Part shown: positions 50,301 to 61,040 of the stretch, in pieces | Layout: the number at the start of each line of letters is the position of its first letter | How positions within the stretch are numbered: position 1 is the stretch's first letter | Assembly: GCA_001687465.1 (NCBI GenBank) | Contig: LVLI01000098.1 | Location: 1-64,000, forward strand | Direction of reading: 5' to 3' | Source of the DNA: Halocafeteria seosinensis | Taxonomy: Eukaryota | DNA length: 64,000 nucleotides | Translations under genes and position numbers: made by a program | Notes under the pieces: model-generated | Seen by the model: only the letters and a program-made list of their open reading frames with translations | What the model was told of the DNA's origin: nothing | Databases searched by the model: none

Positions 50301-52269
50301 AAACACACTAGCAAAAAATGTTTGATTACATAACGTCGGAAGTTCCTGATATAACGTGTGCGCAGTCTGTGTTTCCGACTCAACATCGCGGTTCACCAAC
50401 TGAGACCGCGCCACGCGCTGCAATGCTAATCCGGTTGAAGCAAACATGGCCCTGCTCTTTGCAAGATCAGCGGCCAGCACCAGCGACGTGATTGTCACAG
50501 TTTCGTTTGCAAGTTCTTGGTTATACCGAAACTGACTTGCATTTGAGTCAAAATTAGCGCGAAGAACGCGATTAAGTAGGTCCAATACCCGCTGTCCTAA
50601 CGATGGAATGAGGGTTGCTGAACCTGCAATAGGAGTTAAATTATGAACCACATCTCGCGCCACGCGCTCAGCGTTACCGCTGAAGTTATACCCCCTCTCC
50701 AAAGCATCAAGTGAATTCATAAGTTGCCGTGTGACATTCATGCTCGTGCTTGGGCTCGGACTGGGGCTGGAGGTAAAGGAAGACGTCGCAGTCTCTGTTG
50801 GTGTTACCGACGGCGTACCAGTGCCGGTAGAAGTACTGGTCGGTGTTATGGAGGAGGTAGCGCTCTTCGTAGGGCTGCCCGACGCCGTTTCACGCTCTGT
50901 ACGAGTCACGGACGATGAAGAAGTCTTTGTGCTCGTCACGGATGCGGACGGAGTTGCAGTAGGTGTCACAGAAGACGTTGCAGTCTTTGTCGGTGTTACC
51001 GATGGCGTAGCAGTCTCTGTTGGTGTTACCGATGGCGTAGCAGTGCCTGTAGAAGTACTGGTCGGTGTTATGGAGGAGGTAGCGCTCTTCGTAGGGCTGC
51101 CCGACGCCGTTTCACGCTCTGTAGGAGTCACGGACGATGAAGAAGTCTTTGTGCTCGTCACGGATGCGGACGGAGTTGCAGTAGGTGTCACAGAAGACGT
51201 TGCAGTCTTTGTCGGTGTTACCGATGGCGTAGCAGTCTCTGTTGGTGTTGCCGATGGCGTAGCAGTGCCTGTAGAAGTACTGGTCGGTGTTATGGAGGAG
51301 GTAGCGCTCTTCGTAGGGCTGCCCGACGCCGTTTCACGCTCTGTACGAGTCACGGACGATGAAGAAGTCTTTGTGCTCGTCACTGATGCGGACGGAGTTG
51401 TAGTAGGTGTCACAGAAGACGTTGCAGTCTTTGTCGGTGTTACCGATGGCGTAGCAGTCTCTGTTGGTGTTACCGATGGCGTAGCAGTGCCTGTAGAAGT
51501 ACTGGTCGGTGTTATGGAGGAGGTAGCGCTCTTCGTAGGGCTGCCCGACGCCGTTTCACGCTCTGTAGGAGTCACGGACGATGAAGGAGTCTCTGTGCTC
51601 GTCACTGATGGGGACGGAGTTGAGTTTCAGTAGGTGTCACTGAAGACGTTGCAGTCTCAGATGCTGTGGCCGAGGAGCTAGGACTCTCAGATGGTGTGGC
51701 CGACGAACTAGCGTTTTTCGTCGAGGTTACGGACGATGAAGGAGTCTCTGTGCTCGTCACTGATGGGGACGGGGTTTCAGTAGGTGTCACTGAAGACGTT
51801 GCAGTCTCAGATGGTGTGGTCGAGGAGCTAGGACTCTCAGATGGTGTGGCCGACGAACTAGCGTTTTTCGTCGAGTTACGGACGATGAAGGAGTCTCTGT
51901 GCTCGTCACTGATGGGGACGGGGTTTCAGTAGGTGTCACTGAAGACGTTGCAGTCTCAGATGCTGTGGGGGACGGGGTTTCAGTAGGTGTCACTGAAGAC
52001 GTTGCAGTCTCTGTCGCTGTGACCAACGGCGTACCAGTCCCTGTAGAAGTACTGGTCGGTGTTATGGAGGAGGTAGCAGTCTCGTTTGGGGTTGTGGAAG
52101 GTGACTGTGTTGTAGTTTGGGTCGCGCTGGCTGCTGGTCCAGTAATGAAGATTGGAATCGCACACATGGAGATGAGTAGACTGAGCGTGGATGCCCTCAG
52201 TTCCTTCGTTTTAGAAGATCGCTTAAATTGCTGGATTTTGTTTGCTGCATGCATATCTGAATATGACAT
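44364..52269 (-). CDS. Giant cell-surface receptor-like protein: Thr/Ser/Pro mucin repeats, Ig-like region, Cys-rich (GCC2/GCC3-like) repeats and multi-TM C-terminus; frameshifted in the repeat region as assembled
   Basis: 2413-aa ORF 44364-51605 with CVPCPPGRF, CIPCP...C...L..GFW, CSEGRRGPLCDDCQEGY, DYLQM, W..VEVLRK and VRPYKS. Signal-like segment after MSYSD (52269). Indels near 51620 and 51874. Confidence 0.8.
50775..51600. repeat. 222-bp (74-codon) tandem repeat, ~3.7 copies; 150-bp units follow at ~51600-51950
   Basis: GTCGGTGTTATGGAGGAGG recurs at 50839, 51061, 51283 and 51505. Confidence 0.95.
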
Positions 52270-54009
52270 TGTCCTGAACCTTCCACTCAAAGGGACTCGA
52301 GGAATTGCAGCTGCAGCCCCACCGACAATGACGACTGCTACCAGATCCAGTATTTGTTGCTTCTCAATAGGTAACCGGGTGCTGTACCTTTGGTTCATGA
52401 CACACGATGAAAGATCTTGATGTGTTAAGCAATGCGTAAATACTGTAGCCGGTGGAAAGTGTACGTTGTTCCGCTGTCCAAGTTCCTGGATAGTTCTCCG
52501 TAAATTGTGTATCACAGCTATACCCGAGAAGGCCACCATCCTCAGATCCGATCCTGCACAACAGGCCCGGAGGAATGAGCCGCCGTCGCTAGTTCCGATG
52601 ATTCCCGTTAAGCGGAGATAGCACATGTCCCAAACGCTTGCAACAGCGTATAACACAGAAAATGCCAGAACAAATAAGATGGTTTGCCATGGAAGGAATA
52701 CCCTAATCCATCGAGTGAATCCGGGGAAAGGAATGAGTTCCCCGATGTGACCTAAGGCCCAGAGGGTTCCAAACATACCGGCACCAAGCGGTCGATCGAA
52801 GGTACACATCTTCATACCTGCAATTAATGTAGAGTAGCAGGGTAGCACAGTTTTGGGACTAAGAGCGACTGCCAGGGAAAAGAAGACGGGAACGAGAAGA
52901 AAACGCCCGCTTGCCAACATGGTGGTCGTTCCAGTGGACTGGCTCTCCATGACACAATCATAGGTCTATACAGATCTTCTGGACCAATTACAGGAAGATT
53001 ACCAAACGCATGCATGCAGTGAAGAAAGCTTTTGTAGTCCTGACAAGTTTGCTTGGGCATTTCTGGTCACGATAGAGGAAGAATCGAAGGGGGAATGCTG
53101 TTCGAGTATTCGCAGCCCAACAGCCCAAGTTCGCAACAGCCCCTACTACGGTAATTTGGATACAAGTTATGTACTATACACAAAACATTGAGGTTACGAA
53201 ACAATGCATGCATTCTATGAGCGCTGATTCGAGTACTCACAGTATGTCAACCCACAATTATCAACATAGAATGGACTCCATGACGTGCAGCTGGCGGACG
53301 GACATTCAGATCTGGCAATCACGATTGAAGAACCCGCCTAGGGCGCTCCGAAGGGAACAAAAACACTTACGGAGGGGAAATTACGCCCGGAGGGGCAAGA
53401 AAACTATGATGACAACGTCTCCGACGAGACAGCTATATTGCACGTCAGTGGCCAGGCGGGACTCAAAAGTCGATACACAATATTGTTTGAATCCAAACCG
53501 ACACACAAAAGCCGCGTACGTCATCACCAGAGCCGGAGAGATTGAACTGCACTCCACCTGCTGCCGAGTGTGAGTCAGCGTGGTGCAGTATACCGGAAGC
53601 ACCTATTGTTTCGGTGCCGCACCCGGTAGGTGCATTGGACAAATTGTTCGACGGGGAATGAAAAAGATGGATCAAGATATGGCTGGGAAGGACGCGATAG
53701 ATTTAGCCTGGCATGCACACAACACCAGCAATAAGCAAGCGCAATTGCCCAACATAGCAAATCCTGACGACCAGGTCTGTTCGACATCATCGGAAAAAAT
53801 GACGTCCTTTCGCATTACCCATTCATTGCTCCTGACAAATAGCATAGTTGGGGGATGCAATGAAAGTGGTTCCTTTGCCTACGAAGCGAAACGTACCCAA
53901 GTGTTCGTAACGGGGGGTTGTGACAAAGTGCTGGAACTGAACTATACCCCGCGACGACGATTTATCAAATTTAATAATTTTAATTTAAATATTTCGAAAT
54001 CCGCAACAT

Positions 54010-55080
54010 GCTGGTGCGTGTAGTAAAAACGGCGGCATTCTGGTCAATAGGGCTCTATACATTGCCCCCGAATTCGGCATGGGGTACAACAGCAAGGCTC
54101 TGTCTTCATGCTCTGGGGCGTTACGAAGAGGCCCCCGAATGCTATGATAGAGCCATCGAAATTGATCCACAGTATACTAAGACCTATACGAACGAAGGAA
54201 ATAGTCTGATTCAGCTGGGGCGCTACGAAAAGACTTTGATTGGTATGATAAAGCCATACGACGATCCCCAGAATGCCAAGCCTACGGTAACAAAGGAAAC
54301 GCGTTGGAGGAACTAGGGCGTTATCCGGAAGCTTTGGACTGCCATGATAAAACCATACAAATGGAACCACAAAATGCTATAGCCTATGGTAACAAGAGTT
54401 TATGCCTTTGGTGACCTTGCTCGTTACACGGAGGCGTTGGAATGTCACGATAAGCCATCGCGACTGCCTACTGTAACAAAGGAAATACTTTGGAGGAACT
54501 TGCTCGCTACACGGAGGCTTTGGAATGCTATGATAAAGTCACACTACCTGATCCACAAAATGCTGAGGCCTATCACAACAAGGGTTCATCCCTGGAAGAA
54601 CTTGGCCGCTATGATGAGGACTTGGAATGCCATGATAGAACCATACAAATCGATCCACATTACGCAGAAGTTTACTTGAATAAAGGAAATACCCTTCTTC
54701 GTCTTGCTCGCTACCAGGAGGCTTATGGAATGCCACGATAAAGCCATTCAAATCGACCCGCAACATGCAAAGGCCTACTGTATAATAACCAAGAAAATAC
54801 TTTTTGAAGCAACTTGATCGCTACCAGGAGGTTTGGAATGCTACGATAAAGCCATCCAAATCGACCCGCAATATGCTAAGGCCTATATAACAAAGGGAAT
54901 ACTTTAAGCAACTTGATCGCTACCAGAAGGCTTTGGAATGCTACGATAAAGCCATGCAAATCAACCCACATTATCCTAAAGCCTAACAAAGAAACAAGTT
55001 TGGACCAACAGAACGAATTTGGTAGCCACCAAGAGGCTCTATGTTGTAATAGGGCCATAGGACTTGATCCACCGAGTTAA
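54010..55080 (+). pseudogene. Tetratricopeptide-repeat (TPR) protein pseudogene
   Basis: About 9-10 decayed units of LGRYEEALECYDKAIQIDPQYAKAYxNKGNTL with many frameshifts and stops. Confidence 0.85.
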
Positions 55081-55840
55081 CAAATATTGACTTAGTATCC
55101 TACTAGTGAGTTACCTCGATATATTAGTGGCGTCACCGGACGCGTCTCTCAAGAGTGTATAGATCGTCTAAACCACCGATCCACAGGCGTCGGTTGCGCA
55201 AACTACCTTGCAACGTTCCACAATAATGCTGCATGTTGCAGACGCGCTGGATATGTACGACACGTTCTTTCAAGTGCAGGGGTAGTCATCATGGGTATCG
55301 CTAAATGGACTGCGGAGGGCCCAACAACCTACCTGACGACCCGCATGTACGTCTCGATGTACAACAACTACCAACATCTCAATAACTTAGATGATGGCAC
55401 TCATCCAATGTAACTCACATAACATCTCCCCTCGCTATTTTTCCTGCCAGGCCGCAGTTCAGAAGTGCGAGCAGCACTGCGCTTCGGCTTGGAAAAATGC
55501 AGCGCACACGAAGTTGCTCCATGGAATACTTGCAACTGGTATCTTCACTGTAAGTTCCTGGATTTCATCCAGTTGATTCCATCATGTTGTTTCCCGTCCC
55601 CTGTGCTTCCGGTGCTCAATGGGTTCTGCCATTTCTCAGGGTAGGTATCACCGATTTAATGGTAAATGTATATCCCCGACACGACATCACGAATCCTCAG
55701 TCCATGTACATACATCTTCACGTTGTTTTATGCAATCCATCGCCAATACGCCAGCATACAATAGTCCAGACACTGCCCGACGCAAACCAGGATATTCACT
55801 AAAAAGAAGCTCACTACTCTCCTCAAAGGTCAATGAGGGT

Positions 55841-57052
55841 CTAGTGGTCTATGGCTACGTTCACTGCATCTCCGGATAGCGAGGTAGGAATTCGTCCTTC
55901 GGTATCTGCTGTTAGTTCAAACCATGCATCTACGATAGCATTGTAAGGAATAGAGCTTTCGAAAAAGCCCCATAGTGGATTCCTCACGAGGAATTCACGC
56001 ACCGAGAGATATTTGTAAGTAGTATCTATCCGGAGGCGAACAGCTTAACATTGTGTGCGAGCGTCACGCGAGCCACTATCACGATTGTCGCGGGTGATAA
56101 GCCACTTCATAGCTCCCAAAAGGTCTAGTTTTCTGGACCAATCGACCGATGAGTCGGAAGCCTTGCTCTAAGCGACCTTCATTGGTCTTAGTGGAGCGTT
56201 GGCAGCGACGGTAGAACGGTTCAATTAAGGAGCCTTTTAATAACAGCGTCAGAACGATACAAAAATGTGCAGTGTCCAATGTAATCGCAGGAATAAGTGA
56301 TGGCAAGACGAAAAATACAAATCGGATGGCTGCCGATACTGCAAATGCCCACGCAAAAAGAATTACACTATCACACCGCACCAAATGCCAAATCCCGTAC
56401 AGCAGGTATCCAGAGCTGAGTTCTTTGAGCTTTTGTTACGACGGCAGCAGAAGAGTGGACATATCAAGTCACGGTACAGTGAAAATGCGGCATCTGTAGG
56501 ATTCTTGTAGAATGCAGTAGAGTTCGGATCCCGCAGCTCTTTTCTACAGCAGGAGCTTAGGCATCGACTGTCGAAAGGCTGAATCGGGAACATAGAATCA
56601 AATGGGCGATACCAGGGCGATTGCATCGTATATTAAGACCCTTCTATATCAAGCCAGCGGCGGTATGCTTCCTGCTGGCCTACTTCACGCACTTCGGCGT
56701 CTTGATTCTCGGTGACTACTTCCTCTTCGTTAAGGGATAGGACGCTGATTTGGCAAGCTGTGCAGCACCTCCAGCAGACCCATCGACATGTGAACAACAG
56801 AGAGACGAACTTGGCAAACTGAATAAACAAAGGCACCAATAATGATGGATAGGGACATTCGATCAGCGTATCTACTGCGAACGCATCGCGTGCGCCTGGA
56901 TCGGTCAGCTCTTCGGCTGCCGAGCGCAGTTGCTCCATCTTTTCCGAGAACTCGGGATGAATCCCGGACCCATTGCTGCTGATTTCATGGACATCTATTT
57001 CCTTTGCCAAATCTTTCCTAAATTGCGCCGGGTTGACGAATACGCGGGCCAT
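55841..57052 (-). pseudogene. Family member A2 (paralog of 40955-42088), disrupted
   Basis: MARVFVNPAQFRKDL; in-frame TAA at 56633 (GS*YTMQSPW vs GSYFIMQSPW); frameshift near 56440; 29-nt insertion at 56071-56105. Confidence 0.85.
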
Positions 57053-57464
57053 TCCACTTGTCGCTGGCCGACGCCCCTGAGGTGTCGAGCCCGTCTGCAG
57101 AGATGGGGCCGCCAGTCCGCATGCACTCAAACTGAATAAAGATGAGGCAATATATATTTGATCTTCTTAGTCTATATCTTCGCAATACAGCGTCGAATTG
57201 ATGACTATACAAGGTACACACCCCGCTTCGAAGCCGGGCTCAGCCGGCCGGGTTTTGCAGTGAGATCGCTCATACGGACCACTCGGAAAAAGTATCCTTT
57301 CTTGGGTGGGGAAGTGGGAACGTTCTCCAAATGATTCCATTACCCACTCGCAGTGTTTGATGGATCAGCGAGGAATTTCGAAAGTGTCATCAGACTCTGA
57401 TCGTCAGAGTGACTATTCGAAGAGCTTCAGTGGAGTGCAAATAAGACTACTTAGCAGTAGAGAT

Positions 57465-58795
57465 TCACGAAAAACGGGTATTACTCCATGGATCCGAGCT
57501 GTCATCAGTTTGTGGGCGTGTTCCGCCAACCCGCTCCACCAGTTCATTCCATGCCGCCGCTATGTCATCTACAGGTACGTCTGGCTCGAACAATCCCCAA
57601 ATTGGATTCCGAACTAAATACTGGTGGCGCGACATTGTCGGACAGGTAGCTCCTGCTTGCAAGAAACAAGCCTTAAAGACACTGATATTTTCGGCCAATA
57701 CGACCACACCGATGACATCGTCGTGACCAACGCTCTTGGCATCTTCACCAAAGCCTTTTGTAGTGTACTTGTGCTGCAGCGTAGCCAGAAGAACAGCTCC
57801 TCGAGCAGATTTCATCCCGCAAGCACAACCTTGAATACATCCGAATGGCTCAATAAATAGTAGGCCCAACAGAAGACCCAGAATGCAAAAGACATGGAAG
57901 CCGATCATGTCCCAGAGAAATGCCATAATAACAATTGGACTGGCGGCTATCGTTAGTGCCCAAACGCTAGTGCACATACAGCAGGCTTCACAGCAATCAG
58001 GCGTTCCGCATTTTTGGCAAAGCTTGGAGCAGCTAAGGTTTTTCATGATACCTGAATTGCGGAAGAATCGCAGATGCAAGCAGCTCTACCCCGAAGTCAA
58101 GTCTTTCGCGTACTTACCTATCGGCGTAAACCTGAGAGTGTCGTCTAGAGGATCATAAAAATCCTTTCCATTATTATCAGGACGGTGCTTCTCAGTGATA
58201 TTTGATACAGTTGAAAATAGCGGTGGCATATCCAGTCCTCCCCATGACGAGTACCATTCACTTTCTCCAATCGGTCTATCTCTCTTCTCCCAAATGCCTT
58301 CGGGTGCATCGAACACTCTTGGCATGGTAGCTGTCGATTCTTTGGACCGTCCGAGAGCACCCATTAATTCACCCCCGTAGACGGGACCATCCTGCTGTTC
58401 CACGTCCGTTGGTCGGGACGAGGTCGGCGTTGCCTTTTGCTCTCGCAGCGTCGGTTCCGGTTGCAGTCCACATTTGCACCAGCACCAGCAACATGTGCAC
58501 ACTCGCAGAAGCATCGGGATCAGGTTGTAGCAGAGACAGGTCAAACAGGAGGGGTAAGACGCGCGTATAGACACTCGTATACGGTAGGAATGGTTCGACC
58601 CCTCAAGCCAGCGATCGGATTTCTTGTTCCTGGCGAATTCACGTAATTTGGTGTATTTTGCTGCATTCCAGACAAGTGTGTGGCATACATACAAGCCGGA
58701 AATGGTCGATGGAACTCACAGAGGAACTCGTAGCGCTCTAATTGATCCACGAGAGCGTGCCGGAAGGCTTTGGGATGCACTTGCACCGATGACAT
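57465..58795 (-). CDS. Uncharacterised Cys-rich membrane protein, family member B1 (3 exons)
   Basis: MSSVQVHPKAFRH..., GESEWYSSWGG, YLVRNPIWGLFEPD...IAAAW; GTGAGT and GTAAGT donors at positions conserved with B2/B3. Confidence 0.75.
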
Positions 58796-59095
58796 ACTGG
58801 TATTTTTCAAGCTTGGGGAGCACACAAGCATATACAGCGGTGATCTAATGAACTTGTACTTGAAACAGCAACACACACAGAATGTCTCCTCAACTGGCAC
58901 AATAGTCCCCACGAACCAACACTCTCGCACACTGCTGCTGGTGGTGGTGCAGTGTCGCGCTGGCGCGAGGGAGATTCCACGGAACAAAATCTCCACACAG
59001 TGGAATCGAACAGTGTAATATTTTTTCCCTCTTGAAAGACGTATAAACTAATAACCGTCTGTATGGCAGACGTTCTAGGATTTGATTCAAAACGG

Positions 59096-60409
59096 TTACC
59101 TTAAGTTCCCGTTGCTCCACTGGTCTATGTTGCAGTTGCTCTGAGGATGAACACCTCTGACACATTTCACTAGTTCATCCCAGGCTGCAGCAATTTCATC
59201 TACTGGGATGTCCTGTTCAAAAAATCCCCAAATTGGGTTTCGAACCAGATAGTGGTATCGCGAAAGTCTGGGATAAGTCGCTCTTGCTTGGAACAGGCAA
59301 GCTCTGAAGACGCTTATGTGCTCGGCCAATACGACTTCACCAATGACGTCGTCGTTTTGTACTGCTTTCCTATGGTCCCTGTCGTAAGTTGTGCTGATGT
59401 AACGATGCTGAAGAGTGCTCAAAAGAACAGCTCCTCTGGACGAGTTCATTCCACAAGCCCAGCGCTGAATGCATCCGATTGGTTCAAACACACTCAATGC
59501 CACAACAAGAGTTGCAATGCACATAACTGGTAGAAGAGTTAATTCCCAAGAGAGCGCCAGAATAATAAAAGGAATGGTCAGGGCAATTATGAACCAAAAG
59601 CCAACGCAAACAAAGCAAGCTCCACTACACTCTGGAGTTCCGCGTTTCTGGCAGAGATTTATGCAAAACACGTTCCGTAGCGTGCCTGCTCTAGAGAAAA
59701 AAAAAAAATTAGTATGGCGACTGCCAAATAAGACATCCAGTAGTTACTTACCGATAGTGGTAACTTGACGAGGATCGTTCAAGGGATCGTAGCTGTCATT
59801 TCCTCGATCATCGGGACGGCGTTTGTTGATAGTGTTTACTCGTGTAGACAGAGCTGGTCTCAGAGGGAGGCCTCCCCACGACGAATACCATGGACTTTCT
59901 CCAATCGGCTGATCTCGTTCTTCCCAATGGTGTTCAGGGATCTCTGGCGTGGTAGCACTCTTGCAGCGTCCTGTTGCTTCGCCACTGTATACGGGATTAG
60001 CAGCATCAAGGTTCTCCACTCCAGCACTTGTTTCTTCAGCTACGGTTATCTCTGAGTCTCGTTGCAATCCCAATTTGCACCAGCACCAGCAACATGTGCA
60101 GGCTCGTAGGAAAGCAAGAAGTGTTGTATACCATACACTTGTCAGACAGGAGGGATACGCAGCACGGATGTGGATCCTAACTCGGTACGCGCTTGTTTGA
60201 TGTTTCGGCGTCTCATGGTCCTGCACATTCTGCTGGAATGTGCTCAGATTGGTGCATTCCACTGCATATATTTCGCAGGAGACCATATAATACAAAGTAA
60301 GCAGAAAACACCAGTATGTGAGTTGCGACGTACAATTGAAGTCACGTCTCTCCAGCTCTGATACTAATTCATGTCGGAATGACTTCGGACATACTTGCAT
60401 GGAGGACAT
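59096..60409 (-). CDS. Family member B2 (3 exons)
   Basis: MSSMQVCPKSFRHEL, GESPWYSSWGG, YLVRNPIWGFFEQD...IAAAWDEL. Confidence 0.75.
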
Positions 60410-60691
60410 ACTTCCCGCACCGTTCCTTCCAGCCGTGGCACATCAATACAATGGTCTTGTGTGCATTGGTTAACTCAACCTGCTACTAGCTGCTAGACTA
60501 CAGAAGTTCACATCCAGATGCGGCACGACCACGTTACGGGTACAACCAATGTGGTGTACATTTCCCAGCAGTTGACTGACAAGATACTAACGATGCATAG
60601 TCTGGAAAGAAAGAACGACTTCCATTCCATCACCTCGAGTGAAATACAGCAGCAACGCCGGCTTCTCCTATATCCAGTTCAGCTTCCACCC

Positions 60692-60857
60692 GATGCCTCC
60701 TGAGCTTAACCAGTGCTGTGTTCCCTCACGGCGCGTGTCAGCAAGGCTGCAGGAACAGCGGGCCCGTCGCTGCTTAACACGGGCGCATACCGCTCCTCGT
60801 TAAGAGGATGCGGTCAACTTCCCGGCCGGTGGGCTATCTGTCACATTTGTGTGTGTG
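60692..60857 (+). mobile_element. SINE-like short retroposon, copy 2
   Basis: Starts GATGCC, ends TCACAT-T-(TG)n; TSD TTCCACCC at 60684-60691 and 60858-60865. Confidence 0.8.
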
Positions 60858-61040
60858 TTCCACCCAGCTGAAACTTCTGTGTTTTCCCAAATCGGGCTGC
60901 TGCGATTTACGATTTAGCACCCCCACAGTCTACACCTGATACTTGAAATGGCACAATTAGCTTATATCAAGTATCCTTTTGGGCGTCAGTTGGTTAGTTT
61001 TAGTCGCTTATGGCGCCTGACATAACAGATTTTATCCAGT

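Noticed and set aside
50775..52080. CRISPR-like array
   Set aside because: Contiguous codon-multiple tandem units without unique spacers; eukaryotic coding repeat
50731..52420. Val/Gly/Asp-rich plus-strand ORFs
   Set aside because: Antisense shadow of the Thr/Ser/Pro repeats
52270..52950. Hydrophobic N-terminal extension of ORF 51787-52950
   Set aside because: No recognisable motif; a better signal-like segment follows the Met at 52269; cannot be supported as coding
60692..60760. HDV-like ribozyme at the SINE 5' end (TGTTCC/GGAACA pairing, CAGC-aag-GCTG hairpin)
   Set aside because: P1 is too short, the P3/L3 loop is only 4 nt and J4/2 lacks the C-x-A-A pattern. Suggestive only; it would need a cleavage assay.
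36339..60857. The two inverted ~167-bp repeats as terminal inverted repeats of a 24.5-kb Polinton/Maverick or endogenous virus
   Set aside because: Each copy has its own TSD, the outer flanks do not match each other, and the interior holds spliced cellular genes with no pPolB, integrase or capsid motifs
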